Of a stretch of DNA of 64,000 nucleotides, positions 37,401 through 49,501 are shown in pieces (position 1 is the first letter of the stretch; each line of letters opens with the position of its first letter). The stretch comes from Macrostomum lignano (Eukaryota). Below the pieces are notes generated by a model. That model was not told the DNA's origin. It ran no database searches and saw nothing but the letters and a program-made list of their open reading frames with translations. Made by a program: the position numbers and the translations under genes. Location: the NCBI GenBank assembly GCA_002269645.1, contig NIVC01000093.1:248001-312000 (forward strand), given 5' to 3'.

Positions 37401-39984
37401 TTTGAAGCGTTTTATTGTCCGCGACTCTGAAGCGATGCAAGAGACTCACTCTGGCGCGACGGTATAATCACTCTGGGACCAGAAGGGACGATAAACAGAT
37501 CACTTAATGCATTGTAAGAGTCGCAACTAAGGTCGGACTGTCCGTAGCAAAAAGATGCTCAAACTAACCAGTAATATCTCTGGACTCGAACAATTGGACA
37601 GCAACCTGCAGACTAGCTAACAAAGATTTATTAGCACGCTGGCCAATCAATCGGTTAAGATCGATGCTCCGACCGAGCAATTGCACGTGACGCTGATTAA
37701 TGAGAGTCTCGTATCGGCAAGGCGCCGGATACTGTATGCGCATGCCTTTCTGATTGCACTCGGTTCGGAAACCTTTGTCAAGCAATATACTAGCGGCAAG
37801 AGTCTTGTAATAGGCGAAGACTTCTTTGCTAAGACAGATGACCAGCTGATCAAAGCCTAGATTAGCTTCGGCTTCAATCTCGTCGTAAAGAAACTGACGT
37901 CTGAATCTTGTCAAGGCGTAGAACGCGCTGTCGTTGTACAGATCCAGCGGATACAGCAGATACTCCATGTAGGCTGGATCCTTGGAATCCAACAGCTGCT
38001 TCGTTAGCAGCCATGGCACCGACATGTCAATGTCAAACTGAATATGAGCTCCATTAGTCATCTCTAGGAAGAATTCTCGATACCAAAGTTGGCTAAGATC
38101 GCAGCACTGCTGCAAAGTGTCGGAATAGTTCAACAGATAAGGCCAGAAGTAGCTATTCCGATGGAACTGATCAATAGCGGCCAGCGACTGCGGATCGACA
38201 TCTTTGCGCAGGGTGTGCTTCCCTCCGCTGCGATCAATTAGCGATTCCAGCATAGTGCGCACCATATATAACTGCGTAGAGCTCGGCGGCACGTTGCGCT
38301 GCATGATGCGAATCTCTGGCTCTGTGGAGCCGCCGCCTTTGCCAGATTTTTTGTGATGCGACACGAACTCTTCGGCTAGTTGACTGCCGCCGCCGGAGTC
38401 TTGCTGGGCCATGTGCGTGGCCATGGTTCGAATTGACATTATGATACTCTTTACAATTTCTCGCTTATTCTTGGCAGCTTTGCGCAACGGCTCGCGTAGT
38501 TGGCGCTGGACAAAATCCTGCAGCTGATAGTAGATTGCCCGTTTCACACTGTCCATCAGGATGGTCTCCATGCGGAGTAGGATAGCTTGCACCGATTTAA
38601 TCATGGCGATCACTTCAACTAGAGCGAATCGCTCCTCTCTGCTGTAGTTATACTGCGTAGCCTTGGCATAATCCTCGGCCTCTTTGGGCATGTCAGGATT
38701 CTGCCGGACGTCGGTCAGGTGAGCTAGCTTCCAGGTGAATACATCAACTATTAGCAGGCTCCAGCTGCCTAGATAGCTCAATGATTTCAACGCTAATTCG
38801 TAGGTTCGCCTATTCTCAGCGTCTGCTTTGTTCAACTGCTGCACAGTGGTTGATAAATTAGTCCGAGTGGCCAGTTCGGACATCAGCTCGGCGTGCTGCT
38901 GTTTGAGCCGTGGCAGAGCGGCAAACAGTTGGCCCTGAGGCGAGGTGCGCGCACTGCGACACTCTGGCCACTTGGCCGGATCGTAGAACTGGCTTTTACT
39001 AACATAGGCATCGAATGGCGAAATGCTCATATCGCCGTAGAGATTCACTACCTCGCACTGTTTGAATATGGCGTCAATTTTAGCTATGCAGATTCGACGC
39101 TTGGCATCCATCTTGTTGATGTTAATGCTCGGATTGGTGTTAATAATGAAGATGCTGAAGCCAATCACCTTCACTAGTAGGTGCTTCTCGCTAGGATAAA
39201 GGAACAGCCGATTTTCGTACATCATCACGGCGGTGTTAATAACTTCGGCAAACAAATCCTCGAAGCCTTCAATCTTTTGCAGCTCGTCTTTCAGAGTCTT
39301 GCGAATTTTATTCTGCTCGGCTAGGAACATTGTCAGCGTCTGGGCGTCGTGTAAAACAGCTGGATCTGTCATTCGCCTGAGGAACTGAGCAGCGCGCTTA
39401 TAATGAGAATAGTCATTCTTCATCGAAGCTTTCATGTTTTTAAGTTCGTCTAACACGGCAAACATGTTCAACATTTTGCCCAACGTCAATAGGTAAGCCT
39501 CGCTAACAAACTCTTGCCGTTTAGTGTTGAGACAAAGTCGTTTGACGTCCTCGCAGAATCGGCCAATGGCTTTGTTGTGGAATAGCATAAAACTCATCAG
39601 CCTGTTGGCGTACTGTTGCAGCACCTCAATAGTCTTCTCGTGTATTTCATTTTTATTCGATTGCTCATTAGAGCGAATCTGCGGCAGAGCGCGAGAACAG
39701 GAACGCCAAGTATAGAGCATGACGGCGAATTCTTCGCCCTCTTTAAGCAGATCCGTCATCTCGGCGTGCACCGTGGCCTCCTCAAGGTATTTGGCCACAC
39801 CAACTACGTAAGCATTGCGATCTTGAAAGTTTCTGTCAGTGTCAGATTTCAGCAAGATTGGAATAGGAGCAGCTTCAACTGAGTACACGGTGTCCGAAGC
39901 ATCTAGATTGTCAAGTAGGTTAACATTTTTAATGGCATCTACTATGGTCACCTGACCATCCTGCTGCTGGTACTGCTGACTCAT
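31459..39984 (-). CDS. CYFIP: Cytoplasmic FMR1-interacting protein (CYFIP/Sra1); exons 37569-39984, 36166-36514, 34287-34703, 33331-33703, 31459-31812; about 1302 aa
   Basis: Diagnostic motifs [71 protein letters not shown] and GEGLQWAGC. Five phase-consistent exons give a full-length protein. Confidence 0.96.
31880..31970 (-). repeat. Dispersed element shared with PAICS intron 2 (58168-58255)
   Basis: aaaaataca...actaa(c/t)tagatgacgaggcatt(c/t)agc..taatatt(c/a)cagtta(t/a)agttactcctgccg(a/t)ttacc occurs at both sites. Confidence 0.8.
32080..32135. repeat. Short dispersed repeat fragment, inverted copy at about 50270-50330
   Basis: ctgtgtgagcgtgtgta...gagtgc...cgtacagtattggc here and its reverse complement near 50274-50330. 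Confidence 0.55.
32830..33305. repeat. Degenerate (GACA)n tract, CYFIP intron 4
   Basis: Read directly; begins just inside the intron donor on the minus strand. Confidence 0.93.
33740..34145. repeat. 32-bp minisatellite, CYFIP intron 3
   Basis: Unit gaagttcacaaatgacccatcaatgagtgcct, about 12 copies. Confidence 0.94.
34745..36085. repeat. 28/31-bp minisatellite, CYFIP intron 2
   Basis: Unit ggcccagcaactgaggatctg(a/g)gaggct(a/g)gt; same family as 53425-54000. Confidence 0.95.
36555..37230. repeat. 39-bp (with terminal 35-bp variant) minisatellite, CYFIP intron 1
   Basis: Unit gggtcacagtgaagcaccggtaaaggaaagaagtgaagc, highly homogeneous. Confidence 0.96.
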
Positions 39985-40647
39985 GCTGCAGAACAGAATG
40001 TCAATCTGCCACCATGCAATTATGTTATGATTAGTTATGTTACAAATGAAAACAATTATCTGCATAAGATTGCTACTAGTTATAACAAATATTTTTATAT
40101 CCAATATACTAAAATGAGTCCAATATACTAACAATGAGTTGTCTGTGGGTGTGCGATAGATTTCAGAAAAAATGGCTCAACCAATTTTCTTCAAACTTAT
40201 ATCCTAAATTTGAAATAAAAAAAATAAAATCTATATAAATAAGTAAAAAATTTTAACAATTAAAAAATCAGTTAAAACAAAAAGCTAATAAATTATGATA
40301 AAAGGAACAAAATCGATAGATAGTAATAGGCTCTGATGCTTAATCAGGTTCATATAATTATATTGGACTAATATTGAACTTGCCAAAACTGTTATTTGTA
40401 TATACATACAATGTATAAAAGGTGCCAGAAAATTTCTCTATAACTAAAACAAAAAGCTAGCAGTAGCAAAAGTCTAAGCTGCCCCTACAGACTAAGCTTC
40501 TTTGAGTCAAATGCATTTCTCTATCTTTCCTTTTACAATAATATAATAAGCAGTTCTTGACCAAAATTTATAATAACTTATATGTGTAACCCATATTCTA
40601 AAAATGCAGTTTTGAGAAAGTTCTTATATTCAAAAAGGCTTCAGGCA

Positions 40648-42768
40648 GTCATATTCCATATGTACAGCACAGCAAAGAGCACACTAAGATGTTTTGTTTT
40701 ACATCATTGGGGAGATTCCTCATGGAATTGATTTTATATACCTTAACTTCAATAAAGGCATGGGGGTCTATTAAAGATTAGGTATAACAATTGGGAAATG
40801 GGGAATAAGGGGTTTTAGGGTAGAGGGACTTCATACAGATTAATTTTATGTATCTAAACTTCAATAGAGGCATGACATGAGGGTCTAATAAAGATTAGGT
40901 ATATAAAATTTTGCCTCAATTAAATGAAGCCTAAATTTTAAATTAACCTAGATAAGTAAACCATATAGAAAAGATATTATAGTGGTATCAAAAGTCCTAT
41001 CAAAACTAGGACTATTTATATACATTAACCTTACGAGGCTTGGTGACCTATAGATTAGATATATATAAGATTATTATATAGGATTACATAGACTAATTTG
41101 TGAAATATAATCTACTGTTTTATATTTGTATATAATAACAAACCATAATAGATTTATTATAAAAATCAAAGGAAAATTGATACATTTTTATCATTTATGT
41201 TAGACTTACACAAGGCTTAGGCTGCTGCATGCTAGACATAATGGACTAGGAGGGGGGGGTGGCAGGTTATCTGTGAATGTTGCATAAAAAGCAATAACAA
41301 AATTCTATATGGGAATTTTTGAACATTATAGCAGGACTTTTACTAATTTAAGTTCCTCTTAGTTTTCACAAATAAAAATGTAGCTATTTAAATTTTCCAT
41401 TATTTTCAAATACAAGAAAGTTACATAGATGTTGTAATGCCATGCCAAATAATCATATGTACTTGTTTATATACTAGCCATTTGTACCAATCTATTTTTC
41501 TATCAATTCTTTTACCAGGCATTTATACCAAGGCTATCTTTTTTTCTAGATTTTGCTAGATATTTATATCTAGTATAACTATAATTAAATAGACTATGGC
41601 CTTACTTATGCCTACTTATCAGTTTTGCTACATGTTATATACAAATGTGAGCATCTGTTACTCTGCCTGTGTCCATCTGTCTGCCACTCTGTCCGAGAAT
41701 ATACCTGCCTTGCTACTTATCATCTAGCAAGATTAGCTAGGTGTTGCAAATGGTATATACAAGGACTACTTATGTATAAGGATATATTATATTTCTTGTA
41801 TAGGACAAGAAACCTTGCTTCTTGGAAAATTTTAAGAGACAGTTTATTTGGAAAAATGTACTAAAAAGATAGGAAGTTTTTATTCTTTAGTACACATTTT
41901 TTATTGCTTTTGATAGGCTAGCAAAAGATCTAATGTTCATATTTTCATATTTTGTACCTTTACAAAATATACAAATTGAAATTAAATATCAAAATAACAG
42001 TTATTTAACAAACAACTTTATCAATTAACAAACAACAAAATACATACAATATATACCAAATACAAAAAAATAACAAACTAATTTAACAAATAACAAAACT
42101 AAGTTAAAAACTAAAAAAAATATTTATATTTCCATAACCTTAACAAAAGAAATTTTTTTGTGTTTTTATTAAAACTTTCAATCTTTACATTGTAAAAAAC
42201 ACTTAAGTCAGTTTTGCATTAATTTGTTATCAAGTTTTACAATTATATATGCATGGAGAACTATAGTGATTATCATTGATAAGTGATAGGGGCCTAACAT
42301 ATTTTTATTTATTTATCAATGCAAGTCCTAGGCCTATACCAAAATATTAAACATATACAACAAAAGCCCAAAATAATTTTTGTATGCCAATATATATATA
42401 TTAAATTTCTTGAGTGTACCATGGAAATTTCCAATGTATATGACTTCTTCCTAACCATGGCATGGCAGCAGCTATAGCTTAAAACTTTAATAATGCTCCA
42501 TAGTCTCCCCAATGTGCCATGCACAGGGGAACATTTTTTGGCTCCTAAATAGCTACATGCCACACATGGGAGGATGTTAACCTTTGCACGCTGACAAACC
42601 AAGGGGGTGGGTGCAAAGAAATTACACAAAATTATCAAAATGCAATACAATGAAAATCAATGAACAGCAAGAGTCATATTCCATATGTACAGCATAGCAA
42701 AGAGCATACTAAGATGTTTTGTTTTACATCATTGGGGAGATTCCTCATGGAATTGATTTTATATACCT
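40648..42768. repeat. Pair of 96-bp near-identical direct repeats (40648-40743 and 42673-42768) in AT-rich DNA
   Basis: gtcatattccatatgtacagca(c/t)agcaaagagca(c/t)actaagatgttttgttttacatcattggggagattcctcatggaattgattttatatacct occurs twice. Confidence 0.85.
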
Positions 42769-43282
42769 CCAGGAGACTATGGATAATGCTTTAGTAAATC
42801 CAGTTTGGTTCCTTTGTTTAAAATTTAATGTCAAAATAATTTAATGTGGGAAACTAGGACATTGCCTAATTTTTTCAATGCATAACTATATGCCTTATGC
42901 TATAAAACTATTAAAATGGCATGACTTGGCTCATTGGTTTTATGAATCTATTTTATCATTTTAGCTAACTATATAACAATATATGTAATAAAGATAATAA
43001 AATAGCTTTATAAAACCAATAATTAAAGCTGTAACTATTGTGCTAACATGCCAAATATTAACATAGAATCTTAATTTTCTGAATAAAAACTTAATGCCTA
43101 TAAATATGGAATATATTATAAAATATTATAAAAATGATGGCTGCCTATTATTTTGGAGCTTACAAGTATTCACATGTCAATCTTATAAGCACACATGGTA
43201 CTGTTGCCTTAAATTTTGGCAATAAAGAGACCACCACTATCTCCAATAGGAGACATCTTTTATATTGTAGCGACATGGCTAC

Positions 43283-43905
43283 CTGACTGGGTGCATGTCA
43301 AAATGGCCACATACAAAATAGCCTCACAATGGAACATCCACACTGTCAAAATGGCCACACGTCAAAACAGCCACATAATAAATTTTTATAAATTGCATTT
43401 ATGTGAGTTAGTTTATTTGAGTTGAGTTAGTTGAGTTAGTTTAATGTTAGTTTATTGCTTGGCTTGGCTTTTGGCTCGCTCACCATTAATTGCATGAGCG
43501 AGCCAAGCCAAGATTCCAAATCAGCCCCAAATTAATGACTGCACTTGGAATTGAGCCTGGGTTGCTGGCACAACAGAGTAGCTACATCTGGGCTTTGCCC
43601 CCCCTCTCAACTATTACTCTATATACTCAAGAAAAGTGTATTTGTTATATAGCATACAAGGTTCACAATTGACACATTGCTAAAGTTAAAAAACGGTGAA
43701 TATACTTTAAATATATTTGCACATTGTATGACAAAATAAACTAACGTTGTGTCATACCTTATAAAAACTTGTTATGTGTGGCCATTTTGATGGTGCAGCC
43801 ATCCAAATTTGTTATATATGGCCATTTTGACATGTGGCCGTTTTGACAGTGTGGCCTTTCTGTCGTGAGGCCATTTTGCATATGGCCATTTTGACGTGGA
43901 TTTGC
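43283..43905. mobile_element. Possible non-autonomous DNA transposon with inverted subterminal repeats
   Basis: Multiple TCAAAATGGCCAC motifs on the left (43297-43375) and GTGGCCATTTTGA on the right (43779-43895). Exact termini and TSD not resolved. Confidence 0.5.
43470..43605 (-). mobile_element. 5' part of SINE family A, nested in the element above
   Basis: Reverse complement TGTGCCAGCAACCCAGGCTCAATTCCAAGTGCAGTCATTAATTTG matches 1541-1587. Confidence 0.65.
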
Positions 43906-44826
43906 CTGACCATATCTATAAATATAGACCTAATCACTATTTTTTAGGTGATAGGCCTACACACAGCTATATAGCCACCATTTCTATAAGTTTTTGGATT
44001 ATAGACATGGCCATCATGTCTCTAAGTATGGCATTATAAATATCAATAAAGATACATGAAAAGCATAGGCCCTAAGATATCAAAAGATAAACATTAGATC
44101 TGCCTTCTAGTCCTATCAAAGGCAATAAGAATTTTTGTGCTGATGAGTATAAGTCCTATTTTGGAAAAACATCTAAAGTTTTCCAAGAAATGAGGTTTCC
44201 TATCCTTCTAGGCCTACTTAAAAGTAGTCCTTGGGTATATGTTAGGTCAGATGACTAAGTCTTATTTATTTATAGCCTAGATGTATAATATTAGGCTAGG
44301 CCTAATATTATATATAAAATAGGCCTTCAACCCTAGACTTCAAAAGGTTATATATTTGCTAGAAAATTATAACGTACAAATGACCCCTTTCAAGGTTGGC
44401 ATACAAATTCATGCAACTATTTTTGGCATACAAATTTTAGCATACAAATGACCCCTTTCAAAGTTGGTATACAAATTCATGCCAAGTTTTTCTTGTATAA
44501 ATTTTATTTTTGGTGAATAAATTCATGACAAGCATAAAATTGTAATGTAAATTGATGTTTTGATGTAAAATAAAGGAAAATTTGTATAGTATAAAAAGTC
44601 AATGATAAACTTTAGCTTTTTAAAAATGAACAATATATAAAATTTGTATAAATTGTTGCTAAGAATATAAATTTTGCATCATTCTTTTTATAGGTGTACT
44701 TTAAGTTTGTGTAAAATGTGTACACTAAAACACAATCCGGACCCTGGCTTATACCTTGCTGGCTTGGCCTATTTAGCCTAGACCCCCTATAAATTGCAAT
44801 TAAAATAAAAAATTGTTTAATCATCC

Positions 44827-45026
44827 CAGGCACGGATCCAGGAAAATCTTGAGGGGGGGGGGGGGCCAACTTTTTTCATACTGCCCCGAGTAGGAACCCA
44901 CCCCAAGGCCCAAGCCCTTTCTTTACTTAGAAGGGGGCCAAAGGCCAAGAGCAGATTTTTTTCGAGGCAGCTGCGGGGGGGGGGCGCCATGGCCCCCTTG
45001 CCCCCCCCCCCCAGGATCCGCCACTG
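44827..45026. mobile_element. hAT-type MITE, 200 bp, 8-bp TSD AATCATCC
   Basis: AATCATCC|CAGGCACGGATCC ... GGATCCGCCACTG|AATCATCC; imperfect TIRs with subterminal G and C runs. Confidence 0.8.
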
Positions 45027-46538
45027 AATCATCCCTTATAATTTTTGTAAGTTTTAGATAACAAAAGCGTCCTATTGAAGAATTCGGGATCTGGGAAGAC
45101 AAAAAATTGTTGCGTTAAAGTTAAATCTGCATTTGCAGCACTTGTTAGTTGTAGGTAGCCAGGTAGGTAGGTCGTACAGTCTGATTTCCCGAATCTATTG
45201 ATTTAATTAATTCAGAGAAATGTACCATATTGAATTTTTTATATAAAAAAACTAATATTTTAACTAATATCTACGAATGATAGTTTTTAATCTAGATGCT
45301 AAACTCTAAACATTATTTTTTTATAAATTTAACTATATCACTAATAGGAGATAAAACTGTTCTAAAAATAATGCATTGCGTACGTTGCACAAGAACGGAT
45401 CCACAAAAGTTGGAGAATGCACGTAGTTTTGTTTGAATTAAATGGTAATTTCTTAAATAAGAAAAATTATTTACTTCGGTTGGCATGTGCAATGAGATTC
45501 TTTTAAGCGTATTACAATTAATGGTACTGCGCCGCATACATGTACATATTGTACACTACTGTTAAATGTGTACATTACGTGCATTGTCTGCATGAAATTT
45601 GTGGGTACACAGGCAGGCGTGATGTAATTACTAATTACCACCAAATATGTAAGATGCAACCTCTAATAGGCTTGAAAATGCAATTAAAAATTACCTGCAG
45701 TTTCAAACAGTGCAGTATAGCATTACTAATAGTAGCAAATTATTAAGATCGATGATGAGATGCTGACGTACCACGGCCATCTACATGTAATCATACTCGA
45801 GAAGAAAAAAGCAAACATTTATACTGTACAATACGTACAAAGTCAGGCATTTGGTCCTTTTGGTGTTCAGTGCGAAGTTTGTAGTATAGCACCGCCGTAA
45901 TTCATGCTTGCAATCAGAACTGAACATGTGAATTATGAAGCTGTATATATTATTGAATGCACATCTACTATATACTACATGTACATGTATGCAGATAAGC
46001 ATTTAAGAACATGTATTAACCGCGCGTACAATCAAGGTATCAAATTAATTCTGATCAAATAAAATTATTATCAAAAAAGCCGCGCGCGGGCTGTTATATT
46101 TTTTTCAGCATAGTGATCCTAGATTTTTGTCAACTACGTGGTACTAGGTACAGTAGTAAGTACAGTTAAATGCTGTTCAATGGGATCTCATGCATGCTTT
46201 CGACGCAATAAAGGTAAATTAACTTGAAATTGTAAGCGATTGTAAACAGAATGCGCGATCGTCAAACTTCGCCAAAGCTGTCAAAATTACATATATCGGA
46301 ATTCGGAAAAATTACCTTTGAGGCTCGAGTTTAAGTAGGAGAAACTATACGTACGTTTCTTGGAAAATTTTCAGTAAAAAAAGTAAAAGAGTAAAAAGTA
46401 AATGAAGTAAAAGCTAGTACATTGAGAGTATATAGTACATGTACATATGTATATAGTATGAGAATGAGCTAGACATATGTACAATGTATGAGATTTAGTA
46501 AGAGTACATTGAGAGTAATATGAAATCCTCCATCTCAC

Positions 46539-46908
46539 CTGAGAAATCATGAGTAATGTGTGAAATAGTCTAGTACATGATGCATCATGCGCCGCCTCAT
46601 CTGATCCCACTGTCAAATTGCGGATCCTCTTTTTGGAAACTTGCAGGAAATAAGGATCAGAGAACCGCGGCTTGGCCGTAGCACACAGAATTTAGTTGCT
46701 AAGCCCAATTTGACCCAGCCTTAACTAAACTAGCTCGGGAAACGGAAAAAGCAGACAGGAATGGAAATGGAGACAGGAATAGCGCGATTGCAAAGCTACC
46801 GGGTGAAAAAAACCAAATCACAATGCCCAGCACAACCAACCCTATTCCGCCGAGTCTCGCCCAGGCCTCTGCAAAGCTCAAGGGAGCGTTGTGTTCAAAA
46901 GAAAACAC
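46539..46908 (-). CDS. Candidate internal exons (46800-46908, 46539-46639) of an unidentified membrane protein
   Basis: Acceptor TTTCAAG|, donor G|GTAGC, acceptor CTGCAAG|, donor CAG|GTGAGA. The in-phase join reads ...RLGGIGLVVLGIVIWFFSPVSKKRIRNL (TM followed by basic residues). No homology recognised and no start exon found. Confidence 0.35.
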
Positions 46909-47021
46909 CTTGAAACCATTGGGAAACAGAAATGAAAATTTTTCTATAAAATTCTAAAGCTTCAGTTAACACGCGAGCGAAGCTTGAAGATATTTTTCGA
47001 TTGAAATTCCCTCAAACTGAC

Positions 47022-47781
47022 ATGGAAACTACGCTTGTTTGTTGGATTTTAGCCTGTGTGCTGATGGTTCAACAGGTTGTTTTACTGCAAGCTCAATTCT
47101 GCCCAGCTCCGTTCAGCCTCGAGGCCGGCAAATGCGTGTCCGTGAGCACAGCTCAGAGCCAAACCTGGTGCTCTGCTAATGAGAAGTGCAAGTCAATGGG
47201 AGGCGAGCTGCTCAACTCGTACAGCTCACTGCAGCAACTCGGCAGCATGCCGAGTCTCAACTGCGGCTGCAACATCTGGCTGGGCGTGACCGACCTGGCT
47301 GATGAGAGAAACTCGAACAAGTTAGGCTGGAAAAGAATCAATGGCAAAGGAGAGCTGTCGCTAGATGACTCGATCTCATTAGACTTCATCTGATCCCGAC
47401 AACTCTGGCGGCAATCAAGACTGTGTGGCGCAGTCGGATGACTTCTACGGAAGACTTGTTGACCATAAATGCTCGGATTTGCACGGATTCGTCTGCGAGT
47501 TCGTGGCAGATGCAGCTCCGCCCCAGCATCTCGCCGAAGCCTCGTGGAAGCGAACTCCATTTAAGCGCACCAGCTACAACCCCAGCACGGATTACTGCCG
47601 CACTGACCTGATGCAGGTGAAGAACTCAATGCACTGCGTTGCGGCCGGCATGCGTGCTGGCAATTGCAGACACGTGCTGTACAACAGCAAGCTGAAAACC
47701 TGCCGTCTGCTGCTGTTCACTGACGCTCAGGTGGAGGAGGAGATCGAGACGAGCGCCGACTGGGTGAAGTTCAGCGTGTAA
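47022..47781 (+). CDS. Intronless secreted C-type lectin + PAN/apple-like protein, frameshifted at 47383-47391 (pseudogene or sequence error)
   Basis: Signal peptide METTLVCWILACVLMVQQVVLLQA. CTL motifs TWCSANEKC, WLGVTD and, in the +1 frame, DPDNSGGNQDC...DHKCS...FVCE. C-terminal YC...HC...NCRHVLYN...TCRL is PAN-like. Confidence 0.72.
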
Positions 47782-47887
47782 TGAATAAGAAGACACTTAT
47801 AGCTCGTCATTGTGCAGCAGCTTTTTTGTAACAGATAGTCAAACAGTGTACATGAGACCGGGTAAGAGAAAGGTTCAATGAATAGTA

Positions 47888-49321
47888 CACCATTTTACCC
47901 TCGATTTTGAACAAGGAGAACTTCGAAACTGACAAACTCCTCTTCAATATTGACACTCTATGGTCGGGCACTCAAAATCTACAATCAATATTGACAGATC
48001 AAGCTTCAATTTTGACAAACTCTGGTTCAATTTTGACAATGCACGTTTAGTCAACTTCTCCTGGGAGAATTCGGTAACAAAGTAATCCAATGAAAGCCTG
48101 AACGGGGCTGAAGTGAGCTGTGCAAAATCAGCTTATTCTGACTTTGCTTTTTGGATCTACAAGTATTGATAAAATTTATTTTCTCCATCCTTTAGACACA
48201 CAGACTAAAATAGCCTGACTGGTTGGGCTGCAAAGTCTGATTCTATTTTGACAGAGTTGCTTCAAAACTGACACTCTATGGTTTGTGTACCCAAAAAGTC
48301 CGCTTCATTTTTGACAACTCCGAATCAATATTGAACAGTTAACAATCAATTTTGACTAAGACATTTTTTGAAATAGATTTTGACAATTTTTACTAAGATT
48401 TCTTTCTTGAGGGGGGGTACTTGCTATTTGGGAGAAGGGGTACTGGCTGCATGTATCTACGAGTACATGTATGGGAATATTTTTATCCAGGGATGCTTGC
48501 TATCTGGGTGGATGTTTGCTACCTGGATGATGCTTGCTATCTGGGTGGATGTTTGCTATCTGAGGGATGCTTGCTATCTGCAGGATGCTTGCTATCTGGG
48601 GGATGCTTGCTATTTGGGTGGATGCTTGCTATCTGGGTGGATGCTTGCTGTCTTGGGATGTTAAATGACCGGCCTTTTGCTAGAGTCCCTTGAGAGAGCA
48701 GGGACTCTAGCAAGCATCCCTAAATAGAAATATTCCCATACATGTACTCGTAGATACATGCAGCCAGTACCCCTTCTCCCAAATAGCAAGTACCCCCCTC
48801 AAGAGAGAAATCTTAGTAAAAATTGTCAAAATCTATTTCAAAAAATGTCTTAGTCAAAATTGATTGTTAACTGTTCAATATTGATTCGGAGTTGTCAAAA
48901 ATGAAGCGGACTTTTTGGGTACACAAACCATAGAGTGTCAGTTTTGAAGCAACTCTGTCAAAATAGAATCAGACTTTGCAGCCCAACCAGTCAGGCTATT
49001 TTAGTCTGTGTGTCTAAAGGATGGAGAAAATAAATTTTATCAATACTTGTAGATCCAAAAAGCAAAGTCAGAATAAGCTGATTTTGCACAGCTCACTTCA
49101 GCCCCGTTCAGGCTTTCATTGGATTACTTTGTTACCGAATTCTCCCAGGAGAAGTTGACTAAACGTGCATTGTCAAAATTGAACCAGAGTTTGTCAAAAT
49201 TGAAGCTTGATCTGTCAATATTGATTGTAGATTTTGAGTGCCCGACCATAGAGTGTCAATATTGAAGAGGAGTTTGTCAGTTTCGAAGTTCTCCTTGTTC
49301 AAAATCGAGGGTAAAATGGTG
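47888..49321. mobile_element. Foldback-like non-autonomous element with about 615-bp near-perfect inverted arms and TA TSD
   Basis: TA|CACCATTTTACCCTCGATTTTGAACAAGG ... CCTTGTTCAAAATCGAGGGTAAAATGGTG|TA. Arms 47888-48502 and 48708-49321. The centre has a ~20-bp tandem (gatgcttgctatctgggtg) and a small hairpin (GCTAGAGTCCCT/AGGGACTCTAGC). Confidence 0.9.
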
Positions 49322-49501
49322 TACATACATGTATAATATGTTACCAGATAGCTGGTTACCAGATAGATACCAGATAACGCCGCCCTCTAACGGTGCCCTC
49401 GCATTTCTGCATACTAGGAGGACTGAATATTTGTATTGTTAGTAGGCTTTTACCATAGATATAATTCCCGCTGCTAGTGGGGGTGCGGAGGGCAGAGCCA
49501 T

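Noticed and set aside
37569-39984. CYFIP as a processed retrogene
   Set aside because: The gene has four canonical introns downstream and an intact frame; no poly(A) relic or TSD.
39985-40134. 50-aa N-terminal extension of the CYFIP ORF
   Set aside because: AT-rich, non-homologous sequence from an alternative start; the true start is most likely ATG 39984 after an acceptor-like site.
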